Below are positions 9,126 to 18,859 of a stretch of 64,000 nucleotides of DNA, piece by piece. Origin of the DNA: Sedimentisphaerales bacterium (GTDB lineage: Bacteria; Planctomycetota; Phycisphaerae; Sedimentisphaerales; SM23-30); the NCBI GenBank assembly GCA_963663805.2, contig CAXXMR010000011.1, positions 64,001-128,000 of the forward strand. Direction: 5' to 3'. The notes under the pieces were generated by a model, which saw only the letters and a list, made by a program, of their open reading frames with translations, ran no database searches and was not told the DNA's origin. Every line of letters begins with the position of its first letter. Position 1 is the stretch's first letter. The position numbers and the translations under genes are program-made.

Positions 9126-9570
9126 TTATAATCGAGTAATAATGGCGGGCCATTTAACCCGTGACCCAGAACTGAGGTTTTTGCAAAACCAAACCGCTAT
9201 TTGCGGATTCAGTATTGCCACTAACAAAAAATGGAAAGACCAGCAGGGCAACCAACAGGAGAAAGTTTGTTTTGTAGAATGCGTTGCCTGGGGCAAGCGG
9301 GGCGAAACCATCAATCAGTATTTCAAAAAGGGTGCCGGTATCTTGATAGAGGGTGAATTGGAGCTTGACCAGTGGGATGATAAAGACACTGGCCAAAAGC
9401 GTTCCAAACATAAAATCAATGTACAGTCTTTTTCCTTTATGGGCAGCGGCCAAAATAATAACAACAACCAGCAGAATAACCAGCAGTCGGGCTATTCTGA
9501 TTATGACCAGCCGCAAGGTGGATATGACGGTGGTTATAGTAACGGCGGTGACGACGACATACCGTTTTAA
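9118..9570 (+). CDS. ssb: Single-stranded DNA-binding protein
   Basis: NRVIMAGHLTRDPELR OB fold, acidic DDDIPF tail; GTG start after AAAGGA. Confidence 0.95.
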   Translation: MPNYNRVIMAGHLTRDPELRFLQNQTAICGFSIATNKKWKDQQGNQQEKVCFVECVAWGKRGETINQYFKKGAGILIEGELELDQWDDKDTGQKRSKHKINVQSFSFMGSGQNNNNNQQNNQQSGYSDYDQPQGGYDGGYSNGGDDDIPF

Positions 9571-9585
9571 TCCGAAAGCATAGCC

Positions 9586-9789
9586 ATGATAACCATGTCA
9601 AATAAAAGATTTGAAGCTATCAAAAGTAACTCGATTAGCGGGCCACCGGAGATTGCCGAGTTGGTTTATGAGATAGAACATATGCGAGCAGTATTTCGGA
9701 TATTGGCGAAAGAGGGCAAATGCGCCTGCAAGGTGGTTTCTGTTGATGTATTGCGTGAATATCAGAATGAAGAATTGGAGGTAAAGTAA
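9586..9789 (+). CDS. Hypothetical phage protein
   Basis: Operon packing. Confidence 0.5.
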   Translation: MITMSNKRFEAIKSNSISGPPEIAELVYEIEHMRAVFRILAKEGKCACKVVSVDVLREYQNEELEVK

Positions 9790-10028
9790 TGAGCAGGGCA
9801 CGCATTAAAGAAGGTGATATTGTACATGTGGACTTTAATTGCGCGAGGCATACGTTATGCCACAGAGCCGAGGTTTTGCATATTCCGGCGGCAACGGGGG
9901 AATCATGGATCTTTTGTGATTTGGATACTGAGCAAACGCATTATGTGAGCGAAGGGTGTACTATAAGCCTGTTAGAGGGTCGAACCGAACCGGACTTTGT
10001 TTGCAGGAGAAACGAGGCGGACAAATGA
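9789..10028 (+). CDS. Hypothetical phage protein
   Basis: GGAGG SD, TAATG coupling. Confidence 0.6.
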   Translation: MSRARIKEGDIVHVDFNCARHTLCHRAEVLHIPAATGESWIFCDLDTEQTHYVSEGCTISLLEGRTEPDFVCRRNEADK

Positions 10029-11716
10029 CACTCCGCCCTTATCAACAACAAGCTCTTGACGCAATCAAACGCAATCCCCGCACTCGTGGCATTGTGGCTA
10101 TTCCAACAGGTACGGGAAAAGGCCATATCGTGCCAGATATCGTCAAGACATTGCAGGCTAGAAGTGCATTATTTTTAGCTCATCGGGAAGAATTGATTAA
10201 CCAGTTACGCGACCATCTGGAGGGCGGTTTAAACTGGATGCAAGTTGAGGTTGAACAATCTGGAAGAAGAGCGTCCAGTTTCACGCCCTATATTGTTGCT
10301 TCTGTCCCGACGCTAACAGCCAGCAAATGCAAGAGATTGCTCAATATGGCCCCCAGACGGTTTGATATGATAGTGTGTGATGAGGCTCATCATGCCACAG
10401 CCGATTCATATTGCGAAATCTGGAAGCATTTCGGTATACTTGACCAAGATGGCAATAAACCTCCCGTGCCGGCAATTCCATTGATTGGCCTGACGGCTAC
10501 GCCAGCCCGCGGTGATAATGTGGGCCTGCATAATGTCTTTGACCAGATTATTTATCAATACAGCCTGAAACAGGCCATTGAGGATGGGTGGTTGGTTCCC
10601 ATACATGCTTACAGTGTTCAAACCAATGTCAACCTGGACAAAGTCAAGATTCGTCGTGGCGATTATGCCACTAAGGATTTATCCGAGGCAGTGGCAACCA
10701 AGGAACGTAATGAAGCGGTTTATGATGCCTGTCAGAAAAACGCCAAGGGGCTCAAAACGCTTATCTTCTGCGTTGACGTAGAACATTCCGCACAAATGGC
10801 GGAAATGTTCCGAGCTCACGGTAGACCGGCTAAACATATTGACGGCAAGATGAACAGCTATCAGCGTTCGTCGATAATCGAATGGTTCGGCAAAACGCCG
10901 GGGGCAGTCCTGTGTAACTGTCAGATAGTCACCGAAGGCACCGACATTCCTTCGGTGGAATGTGTGGTGATGGCCCGGCCCACAAAGAGCAGCACACTTT
11001 ACATGCAATGCATTGGCCGAGGGACCAGGCTGGCTAAAGGCGCTTATGACTATGCTGAATCTGTTCGCATGGGCAAAGACAAAATGATTCTGTTGGATAT
11101 TACCGATAGTTCCGCCGAGGTCGGCCATGCAGCGGTAAATGTCGGCTCAATTTTCGGAGCCCCGTTCCCACGTAAAAAACTCACCGGCCAGAATATCGTT
11201 GATGAGGTTAAGCAGCAGGAGATTGACCTGAAGGCCGGTAAGTACGAACAGGGTGCTACTCAAGCGGTTAACACTACCACCATACGCTTTGACCTGTGGG
11301 CCAAGCCTGAGCCCGTCAAAGGCTCTAAAATGCAATGGATGGACCGTGGGGGTGTTTTGGTACTCAATCTCGCTGACAAGGGCACTGTGGAGCTTCAGAG
11401 CGATTTACTGGACCGTTGGGCGGTAAGTCATATCGCCAGAGGCAATCGCATTGCTGAGGTCGTTGTGGAAGGCCTCAGCGGGCGTGATGCGGCTGTCAAA
11501 TACGCCGAAAATTGGGTTAATGAGAATCACGCTGAGACGGTGAGATTGACCAAAAAAGACGCGCCGTGGAGACGTAAACCTCCGACCAGAAAACAGCGTG
11601 ACCTTTGCCGGAAGTTTCATATTACGGTACCAACCGGGGCAACCTGTGGCGATGTCGCTAACGCTATTGACCGCTTCTTTAACCGCAACAAACCTCAGCA
11701 AAGGATGGCAAGGTAA
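10025..11716 (+). CDS. Superfamily 2 DEAH helicase (Irc3/ResIII-like)
   Basis: LRPYQ, PTGTGKG, DEAHH, TATP, TEGTDIP, QCIGRGTR; ATGA coupling at 10025. Confidence 0.9.
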   Translation: MTLRPYQQQALDAIKRNPRTRGIVAIPTGTGKGHIVPDIVKTLQARSALFLAHREELINQLRDHLEGGLNWMQVEVEQSGRRASSFTPYIVASVPTLTASKCKRLLNMAPRRFDMIVCDEAHHATADSYCEIWKHFGILDQDGNKPPVPAIPLIGLTATPARGDNVGLHNVFDQIIYQYSLKQAIEDGWLVPIHAYSVQTNVNLDKVKIRRGDYATKDLSEAVATKERNEAVYDACQKNAKGLKTLIFCVDVEHSAQMAEMFRAHGRPAKHIDGKMNSYQRSSIIEWFGKTPGAVLCNCQIVTEGTDIPSVECVVMARPTKSSTLYMQCIGRGTRLAKGAYDYAESVRMGKDKMILLDITDSSAEVGHAAVNVGSIFGAPFPRKKLTGQNIVDEVKQQEIDLKAGKYEQGATQAVNTTTIRFDLWAKPEPVKGSKMQWMDRGGVLVLNLADKGTVELQSDLLDRWAVSHIARGNRIAEVVVEGLSGRDAAVKYAENWVNENHAETVRLTKKDAPWRRKPPTRKQRDLCRKFHITVPTGATCGDVANAIDRFFNRNKPQQRMAR

Positions 11717-11718
11717 TT

Positions 11719-12651
11719 ATGGTTGGCTGGATAAAACTACACAGAAAGTTTTTGAAGTGGGAATGGTATGACGATTTGAATACCAAATCTCTCTTTCTGC
11801 ATTGCTTATTAAAGGCCAATCATGAGCCTAAGCAATGGAGAGGAATAACAATCGAAAGAGGCCAGTTTGTTACCTCAACAAGCAATCTTGCCAAAGAAAT
11901 CGGTGTCGGAGTGCAAGCGATACGCACTTGCATTAACCGCCTAAAATCAACAAGCGAAATAACAAGCCAATCAACAAGCCGATTTACTATATTAACTATT
12001 TGTAATTACGATAGTTATCAATCAGAAGAAAATCCAACTAACAAGCCGACTAACAAGCCATCTAACAAACGACTAACAAACGAACAACAAGCAACTAACA
12101 AGCAACTAACAACAACTAAAGAATTAAAAGAAGAAAAGAATAATACCCCCCTTACCCCCCAGGAAGGGGCTGAGCCTGAGCTGGAAAAATCTGAGAATCC
12201 AGCCAAAGGCAAATCGAAATCCGGGCCTAAGGCTGCTGATAAAAATATCGAACGCTTCGAGAAATTCTGGAAATCCTATCCCCGCAAAATCGGCAAAGGT
12301 CAGGCCCGCAAAGTCTGGCTGCGGTTAAAACCCAATGACGAACTGACCGACACGCTGGTAATGGCAGTAGAGGCCCAGAAGAAATCCGAACAGTGGCAGA
12401 AATCCCAGGGCCAATTTATCCCACACCCTACAACCTGGCTGAATCAAGAACGGTGGGAGGACGAAATCTCAGGCACCGGCCCCGGCGAGGATAATTACTA
12501 CGGGGGTGACCCACCGCCACCAATTCGCAATACCACGGACGAAGAAGACATGGCCATGTTTGGCAGGACATTCCCGAAAACTACCGTCAAGGACGACGAT
12601 GATGACAACAGCGACAACAAAAATCGACATCCAGCAAATCAGGCAGGATAA
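11719..12651 (+). CDS. Phage replication initiator (lambda O / DnaD-like)
   Basis: GWIKLHRK N-terminal wHTH; C-terminal FEKFWKSYPRKIGK...FIPHPTTWLNQERWED; internal repeats. Confidence 0.85.
   Translation: MVGWIKLHRKFLKWEWYDDLNTKSLFLHCLLKANHEPKQWRGITIERGQFVTSTSNLAKEIGVGVQAIRTCINRLKSTSEITSQSTSRFTILTICNYDSYQSEENPTNKPTNKPSNKRLTNEQQATNKQLTTTKELKEEKNNTPLTPQEGAEPELEKSENPAKGKSKSGPKAADKNIERFEKFWKSYPRKIGKGQARKVWLRLKPNDELTDTLVMAVEAQKKSEQWQKSQGQFIPHPTTWLNQERWEDEISGTGPGEDNYYGGDPPPPIRNTTDEEDMAMFGRTFPKTTVKDDDDDNSDNKNRHPANQAG
11944..12120 (+). repeat. Iteron-like repeats (probable phage origin) inside the initiator gene
   Basis: About ten AACAA(G/A)C-core units, mostly at 12-bp period (ACTAACAAGCCG, ACTAACAAGCCA, ACTAACAAGCA), in two clusters around an AT-rich gap. 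Confidence 0.7.
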
Positions 12652-14401
12652 GACAACCCTGTTTGACGCACTCAGCAAGGCCGGGGCAAAGTTTAACGGC
12701 TCAAACGTAGTTTGCCCATTCCACGCCGACAAAAGCCCGTCCGGACAAATCTACAGCGATTCTGACGGAGTGTGGCGGTATAAGTGCCACGCAGCCTCTT
12801 GCGGATTCTGTGGTGATGTTTTCGACGTACAGGCCAAGGTTGAGAATCGACCGCTGGAAGATGTGTTGCGTGATGCTTCGGGCAATCAACCGGAACCACC
12901 GGAAGGCGTGAACTTTTTCGAGACTGTGGAGGCGGCGTGTGAGTCGATACACTGGGGCAAAATCGAATCTGTGTTCAAATATTCTAATCCGGTCGATGGC
13001 AAAATCGAACTGGCAGCAATTCGTATCCGCAGGCCAGATAACAGCAAAACTTTTATGCAGGTGTCGCACAGTCGCTGGGGTTTTGCGTTCAAGGCACCTG
13101 AAAAACCATGGCCGCTCTACAACCGGACCAGGTTGGCAAACGCTGAAATAGTGGTTGTGGTCGAAGGTGAAAAATGCGTTCACGCACTTCACGGAATCGG
13201 GATGGTTGCGACCACTTCCCCTTGCGGTGCTGGCAAGGCTGCTTATGCTGACTGGTCACCACTTGCCGGAAAGACTGTGTACTTGTGGCCGGACAACGAC
13301 GAAGGCGGAATTAAACACATGGAGGAAGTCGCCGGGCTACTCAAGCAGTTGCGTCCTGCACCGCTGGTTTACATCATCGACCCGGCCAAAGTGATGATAC
13401 CTGTGTCAGATAAGCCGCTCGAAGCCAAAGGGGACGTAGCGGATTTTATCGAGGAGATACCGGTTGACGGCTCTGATAAACAGGTTATCGCTTTCGACTG
13501 GATTGCAAAATGCATATTCCCCGCCGCCACAAGCCTGGGGGCATCGTGCGAAGTAAGCAAACTCATCGAGGACACTATCAGCGGCAAGCGTAAAGCTATT
13601 GACTGGCCGTGGCCCTGCCTGAGTCATCTCAGTAAAGCTCTGTTGCCGGGGACGGTGACGGTCCTTTGTGGCGACCCCTCAGCGGCTAAGTCCTTCATGC
13701 TTTTGCAGGCTATGTCGTATTGGCACGATGAAGGCATCAAGGCGGCAATTTATGAATTAGAAAATGACACGACTTATCACCTGTATCGGGCCTTAGTTCA
13801 GCGGGCGGGATATAGCCCTTCATTCGATGATGAATGGATGCGGGAGAACAGCGAAGAATTAAGAGCAATGTTCAAAGAGCATCAAGGCTTTCTCGATACT
13901 TTCGGTAAGTGTGTTTGGGCCATGCCAAAGGGCAAGGATGTATCTTTGGGCGACTTGGCGAAATGGGTTAAAGAGCGAGCAGATGAAGGCTGCCGAATAA
14001 TCGCAATTGATCCGGTCACGGCAGCAGCGTCGGGTGATAAACCTTGGCTTGAAGATAGGCGTTTTTTGAAATATTGCGAAGGTGTTTGTAACGATACCGG
14101 CGCTTCGCTTGTACTTGCTACTCACCCCAAGGCAGGAAAGAATCGGGTGCAGGGTTTGGATGGTTTGGCGGGCGGTGCTGCATATCAGCGTTTCAGCCAT
14201 ACAGTTATTTGGGTGGAAGTCCATAAAAAGAAAGAAAAGTTTTTAAAAACTCAGATGGGCACAATGGGCTATACCGTCAATCGAACTTTACACCTCTACA
14301 AGACACGTAACGGAAGCGGACACGGTGCCGCTTTGGGATATTTATTCAATGGTGGCACTCTGAGATTTGAAGAACTCGGATTAGTGGTCACCGACAACTA
14401 A
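12599..14401 (+). CDS. Primase-helicase (CHC2 zinc finger, TOPRIM, DnaB-like ATPase)
   Basis: CPFHADKSPS..CHAASCG; VEGEK, PDNDEGG, KGDVAD; GDPSAAKS, IAIDP, ATHP, KTRNG. Confidence 0.85.
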   Translation: MMTTATTKIDIQQIRQDKTTLFDALSKAGAKFNGSNVVCPFHADKSPSGQIYSDSDGVWRYKCHAASCGFCGDVFDVQAKVENRPLEDVLRDASGNQPEPPEGVNFFETVEAACESIHWGKIESVFKYSNPVDGKIELAAIRIRRPDNSKTFMQVSHSRWGFAFKAPEKPWPLYNRTRLANAEIVVVVEGEKCVHALHGIGMVATTSPCGAGKAAYADWSPLAGKTVYLWPDNDEGGIKHMEEVAGLLKQLRPAPLVYIIDPAKVMIPVSDKPLEAKGDVADFIEEIPVDGSDKQVIAFDWIAKCIFPAATSLGASCEVSKLIEDTISGKRKAIDWPWPCLSHLSKALLPGTVTVLCGDPSAAKSFMLLQAMSYWHDEGIKAAIYELENDTTYHLYRALVQRAGYSPSFDDEWMRENSEELRAMFKEHQGFLDTFGKCVWAMPKGKDVSLGDLAKWVKERADEGCRIIAIDPVTAAASGDKPWLEDRRFLKYCEGVCNDTGASLVLATHPKAGKNRVQGLDGLAGGAAYQRFSHTVIWVEVHKKKEKFLKTQMGTMGYTVNRTLHLYKTRNGSGHGAALGYLFNGGTLRFEELGLVVTDN

Positions 14402-14444
14402 CTTTGTGCTTTGGATAAGCACGCAATCAGGAAGGAGCCTAAGA

Positions 14445-14825
14445 ATGGCAAAAAAAGGACCATTACCCGCGGATTTATGTGTTGACCACCTCAGTGATGA
14501 GGAAAAGGCCAAGGCGATGGATGAAGTAACAGAGATGGAGAAGGAGTGTTGTATGCGGGAACGCAACATGAACGAGAAGCACGGAGCGTACAATACGGCC
14601 AAGCAAGCCTATAGCGAGGCGTGCAATGCTCTGCGTGAAACGATTCGCAGTTATGGCACTCCTTTGCCGATGTTCGACAAGCCCAAGAATGAGGCGGACA
14701 ACTCCGAAAATTCTAACTCCAAGGAAAAAACCGCCAAAAAGAAAGTCGCCAAGAAAAAGGCAAAGCGTGGTGGCCTGAAACATCCGGCTGTTGACGGTGC
14801 AACCGGGCAAGGAAAGGCAAGCTGA
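14445..14825 (+). CDS. Hypothetical coiled-coil protein with basic tail
   Basis: AAGGAG SD; KKKVAKKKAKR tail. Confidence 0.65.
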   Translation: MAKKGPLPADLCVDHLSDEEKAKAMDEVTEMEKECCMRERNMNEKHGAYNTAKQAYSEACNALRETIRSYGTPLPMFDKPKNEADNSENSNSKEKTAKKKVAKKKAKRGGLKHPAVDGATGQGKAS

Positions 14826-15292
14826 TGATTTTGGCTATAGACATCGGCCAGAACATGGGCATAGCGTGGCTTACCGATTGCGGTGAGCTGCGCTATGACT
14901 GTGTGAAATTAAAAAAACGAGATAAGGAACACCACGGCAAACGATTCGTGATGTTACGGGAGTTTTTGGAGGAGTTGCCACAGTTGCCAGAGGTGATTTA
15001 TTACGAACGGGTTCGGCGGCACCTGGGCACAGACGCCGCTCATGATTACGGAGGTTATGTGGCAGTATTACGGATGTATTGCTTTCAGAATTACATTCCG
15101 CTCAAAGGCATTGGAGTTGCCACTGTCAAAAAATACGCCACCGGCAATGGGCGGGCAGATAAATCTATGATGATTGAGGCAGCCAAAAAAGAGTTTGGTT
15201 ATGACGGCAAAAATGATAACGAGGCCGACGCACTTTGGATATTGTCGGCAGGGTTGGAATCAGAAAGGAAAGATTTATGTCAGCAAGTGTAA
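14825..15292 (+). CDS. RuvC-like Holliday junction resolvase
   Basis: ILAIDIG, YYERV, TVKKYATGNGRADK, DNEADA. Confidence 0.85.
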   Translation: MILAIDIGQNMGIAWLTDCGELRYDCVKLKKRDKEHHGKRFVMLREFLEELPQLPEVIYYERVRRHLGTDAAHDYGGYVAVLRMYCFQNYIPLKGIGVATVKKYATGNGRADKSMMIEAAKKEFGYDGKNDNEADALWILSAGLESERKDLCQQV

Positions 15293-15627
15293 AAGTTATG
15301 AGGTCGTATGATTATTGTCACTTTGAGGTCTGCCTGGGGAGTGACGAAAACCTGACGTTGTTGCAGATCGACGAAATGCGGAAAGATGCCATGCACCTGG
15401 TTGATAAGGCTGTAAGGCAATATCAGATTGCCAAGGAAGATAGAAATTTTCACTCGATAGATCATAGCAGCGAATTGGAAGACTTAAAAAACAAGGTGAA
15501 GGTCATTAATGAGAACTTCCCCAAGAGCGAATGGACGCCGGAGCAAAAGGCTGTGATCAAGCGGTACGAAGATTTAACTTGGCGTCTGAATCACGAATAT
15601 GACTATGGGGATGATTGGGAATTTTGA
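15277..15627 (+). CDS. Hypothetical phage protein
   Basis: AAAGGA SD before ATG 15277. Confidence 0.6.
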   Translation: MSASVKVMRSYDYCHFEVCLGSDENLTLLQIDEMRKDAMHLVDKAVRQYQIAKEDRNFHSIDHSSELEDLKNKVKVINENFPKSEWTPEQKAVIKRYEDLTWRLNHEYDYGDDWEF

Positions 15628-15641
15628 AAGCGAGGCTGGCA

Positions 15642-15854
15642 ATGACAAAAACTAAACCCCAGAAAAAGCCTGACCTGAATTATCTATTCAGGTGGGCCAT
15701 GAGAAATAATCTATTGTTAGATGTTACGTGTAAAAGAGCTAGGGTGTACAAATGCCATGATGGTTCAGATGGCTGCTGGCACGGCATAACCGAGGAAAAA
15801 ACCCTCTACCAAGCCCTGCTCAAGGCCCGCAAGGAAATGGGGAGGGATAGATAA
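15642..15854 (+). CDS. Hypothetical phage protein
   Basis: GAGG SD; operon packing. Confidence 0.5.
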   Translation: MTKTKPQKKPDLNYLFRWAMRNNLLLDVTCKRARVYKCHDGSDGCWHGITEEKTLYQALLKARKEMGRDR

Positions 15855-16135
15855 TGACCGTACTAATAACTTGCCATCGTTGTGGTCAAGCACATCCGCC
15901 AGAGACAGAGTGTTTTTCTCAATACAAATGTACCGTAAGGAGATTAGAAGAAATGGCCGTTATACCAGGCATAACAATACCCCAAGCAATGCTACAGCGA
16001 ACCCAACGTCATCTTGACTGGATGATTCAAACTCTGGACTTCCAGAACGAAAACACGGGTATCGACAAAGAAGATTCGCCCGAAATGGCGGACGCGAGAA
16101 AGCTGCTAGCAGAGATTGAGGGATTGATGGAATGA
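15854..16135 (+). CDS. Hypothetical protein with N-terminal CxxC...H...C
   Basis: GGAGG SD, TAATG coupling. Confidence 0.55.
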   Translation: MTVLITCHRCGQAHPPETECFSQYKCTVRRLEEMAVIPGITIPQAMLQRTQRHLDWMIQTLDFQNENTGIDKEDSPEMADARKLLAEIEGLME

Positions 16136-16329
16136 TTATCGATCTGACAAAACGAAGTGTTGAGGATTTGTTGTTTTTGCAAAAAGTGTTAATGCAATGG
16201 TGTGATGATATGTGGCCACGTGTCCAACGCAGCGGTCTTAGCAGTTTTATTTGTCGGGAATGGAAACGCAAGCAGGTAAGAATTGAACAAATCGACAAAG
16301 TATTACAAAAGAAACTATTTGGTGATTAA
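16132..16329 (+). CDS. Hypothetical phage protein
   Basis: ATGA overlap with the upstream gene. Confidence 0.5.
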   Translation: MIIDLTKRSVEDLLFLQKVLMQWCDDMWPRVQRSGLSSFICREWKRKQVRIEQIDKVLQKKLFGD

Positions 16330-17237
16330 TGGCAGAAGTAAGAGCAACATTTGAACACGTAGAAAAGATGACTCAACAGCATGGTTGGTTCCAAAATCAG
16401 CTATGGGTCATCGAAAGTGCCCTTAATGGTCGCTGGGCATACTGGTGGGCGATTTTACTTAACAGGACTATCGGGGAGCTACCGGATTGGAAAATACCCC
16501 GCCTAGAGTTTAGTTCGCATTGTTATGAAAATTCACCGTTAGCCACTAATCGTGTAGATTTGTCACAATCAGAACACGGCCAAGAAATGCTACAATCCGT
16601 AGGTAGCCCGGCAGAAGCCAAAAAGCATATCTTAAAGGTTTTTGAACGGGCTATGCGGAATGGCAACTACCTACGTGATTTGATTGACTGGTGGTTGTTT
16701 GCCTTTGGCTCTCCGAGAATAACCCAAAAGCCCAAATTGCACGAAGAGGCTGCAATAGCTATGTATTCAGATTTTGAGCTTCACAGGCTAATTGGCAATC
16801 CAGCAGATTGGGGTTCGGTACTGGGGTTGGAGTTTACAGGTGGCAATAAAGGTACTGCGTGGTTTCCTACGCCAATGTGTTTAGCCGAAATGATGACACA
16901 AATGACCTTTGGTGGCCAAGATTGCCGTTGTAAGTCGGTCAATGATTGCTGCGTTGGAACCGGGGTATTTATGTTAGTAGCTTCTAATCACAGTCTGAAC
17001 CTGTCTTGCTGTGATATTGACCCTTTGATGGTATCGCTCTGCGAATTTGCGGGCTGGTTATATATCCCGTGGTTGGTTTACGGGAACAAACAATTCATCA
17101 AGGAATTTAGAGAAGATAGACCGGCTGAATCAGAACCGGAAGCAATAGAAGTGGAACGGAAAGAAAATCAGGAGCCTGAATTAGCGTATGTGGACAAGAA
17201 GAACCCGAATCAGGGTTTATTGTTTGAAATGGTTTAG
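16329..17237 (+). CDS. N6-adenine methyltransferase-fold protein lacking the catalytic motif
   Basis: HsdM-like WFPTP and NDCCVGTG (SAM-binding) and CCDID; no NPP(F/Y) before the stop. Confidence 0.65.
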   Translation: MAEVRATFEHVEKMTQQHGWFQNQLWVIESALNGRWAYWWAILLNRTIGELPDWKIPRLEFSSHCYENSPLATNRVDLSQSEHGQEMLQSVGSPAEAKKHILKVFERAMRNGNYLRDLIDWWLFAFGSPRITQKPKLHEEAAIAMYSDFELHRLIGNPADWGSVLGLEFTGGNKGTAWFPTPMCLAEMMTQMTFGGQDCRCKSVNDCCVGTGVFMLVASNHSLNLSCCDIDPLMVSLCEFAGWLYIPWLVYGNKQFIKEFREDRPAESEPEAIEVERKENQEPELAYVDKKNPNQGLLFEMV

Positions 17238-17246
17238 AGGAATAAT

Positions 17247-18641
17247 ATGAAAGAAATAATCATAGATGGTTTTGCTGGCGGTGGCGGGGCCTCGACAGGT
17301 ATTGAATGGGCTTTAGGTCAACCGGTCGATGTGGCTGTCAATCACGACCCGTCTGCTATTATAATGCACTTATTTAACCATCCCCAAACTCGGCACTATT
17401 GCTGTGATATTTGGGAAGTCGACCCGGTGCAGGCATGTCAGGGTAAGCCTGTAGGATTAGCTTGGTTCAGTCCGGATTGTACGCATCACAGCAAAGCCCG
17501 TGGCGGCAAGCCGGTGGAGAAAAAGATTCGTGGTTTGGCATGGGTGGTGGTTCGCTGGGTCCGCAAGGTCAGGCCTCGTGTAATATGCCTTGAAAATGTC
17601 GAAGAATTTGCCGACTGGGGACCGCTCGATAAAAACAATAAACCTATAAAATCTCGCAAGGGTGAAACATTCAATCGTTGGAAGTCGCAACTTGAAGATA
17701 TTGGATACCGCGTCGAGTGGCGTATATTTTCGGCTTGTGATTATGGATCGCCCACCATACGAAAACGTCTGGTGCTTGTGGCTAGATGTGATGATGAGCC
17801 GATTGTCTGGCCGGCACCTACGCACGGTCCAGGCACAAACAAACCATATCGGACCGCTGCGGAATGTATTGATTGGAGTTTACCAACTCATTCGATTTTT
17901 ATGACTCAGGCAGAAGCTAAGGCTCAGGGGCTTAATGTTAGACGGCCATTGGCAGATAATACCATGCAGCGAATAGCCAGAGGCTTGCAGAAATATGTAT
18001 TTGAGGCAGAGCAGCCATTTATTGTTGGTATAGATAATAAGTCGGCTGGAACTTCATCCGTTTGGTCAGGCGATGAGCCGTTGCGAACTATCACAAAAGA
18101 GAATCGTTTTGCCTTGGTTGCCCCGTATCTAAGTAAATATCACGGGCTACAAGGCGAAGAATCGCGTTGTGGGCGTGTTGACGAACCGATTAAGACAATA
18201 GACACCTCTAACCGTTATGGGCTGGTTTCGGCTTTCCTGAGTAAGTTTTACGGCACTAACATAGGCTCTGGCTTAACTGAACCGGTTCCAACCGTAACAG
18301 CCACGGGCCAGCATTTGGCGGAGATTAGAGCATTTTTGATTAAATATTATGGCTCAAATATTGGACAAAAACTAGCTAGCCCCATACACACAGTAACCAG
18401 TAAGCCGCGATTCGGGCTGGTCACTGTTGCCGGCGTTCATTATCAAATCGTTGATATTGGGTTGCGAATGTTGACACCACGGGAGTTGGCCAGAGCACAA
18501 GGTTTTCCTGATTCATATTTTCTGACTGGTACTAAGTCTAACCAGGTCGCCAAAATAGGCAACAGCGTTTGCCCGCCATTGGCTGAGGCAATAGTTAAAG
18601 CAAATTATCAAGTGCGGAACATCCGCAGGAAGGTAGCGTGA
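17247..18641 (+). CDS. DNA (cytosine-5) methyltransferase
   Basis: FAGGGGAS, SPDC catalytic, ENV, RKR, RELARAQGF, IGNSV. Confidence 0.93.
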   Translation: MKEIIIDGFAGGGGASTGIEWALGQPVDVAVNHDPSAIIMHLFNHPQTRHYCCDIWEVDPVQACQGKPVGLAWFSPDCTHHSKARGGKPVEKKIRGLAWVVVRWVRKVRPRVICLENVEEFADWGPLDKNNKPIKSRKGETFNRWKSQLEDIGYRVEWRIFSACDYGSPTIRKRLVLVARCDDEPIVWPAPTHGPGTNKPYRTAAECIDWSLPTHSIFMTQAEAKAQGLNVRRPLADNTMQRIARGLQKYVFEAEQPFIVGIDNKSAGTSSVWSGDEPLRTITKENRFALVAPYLSKYHGLQGEESRCGRVDEPIKTIDTSNRYGLVSAFLSKFYGTNIGSGLTEPVPTVTATGQHLAEIRAFLIKYYGSNIGQKLASPIHTVTSKPRFGLVTVAGVHYQIVDIGLRMLTPRELARAQGFPDSYFLTGTKSNQVAKIGNSVCPPLAEAIVKANYQVRNIRRKVA

Positions 18642-18800
18642 ATGAAAGAAGAAAAACAAAAAAAACTCTTAGCCGCGGCCAGAAAACTGCTTCAGGCCTG
18701 GCCGGACCCCGACAATCCCGAAGGGGCCAAGATACCGGATTACATTCTTCAAGATTTACGCAAGGCCGTAGATGCGTTTGATGAGAACAAAAAACAATAA
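18642..18800 (+). CDS. Small hypothetical protein (52 aa)
   Basis: Manual translation MKEEKQKKLLAAARKLLQAWPD...; fills the operon gap. Confidence 0.5.
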   Translation: MKEEKQKKLLAAARKLLQAWPDPDNPEGAKIPDYILQDLRKAVDAFDENKKQ

Positions 18801-18859
18801 CGGCTATGGATGGCCGTAAATATCTAATTGCCAAGATTGGCAGGAAGCGAGGTTTCATT

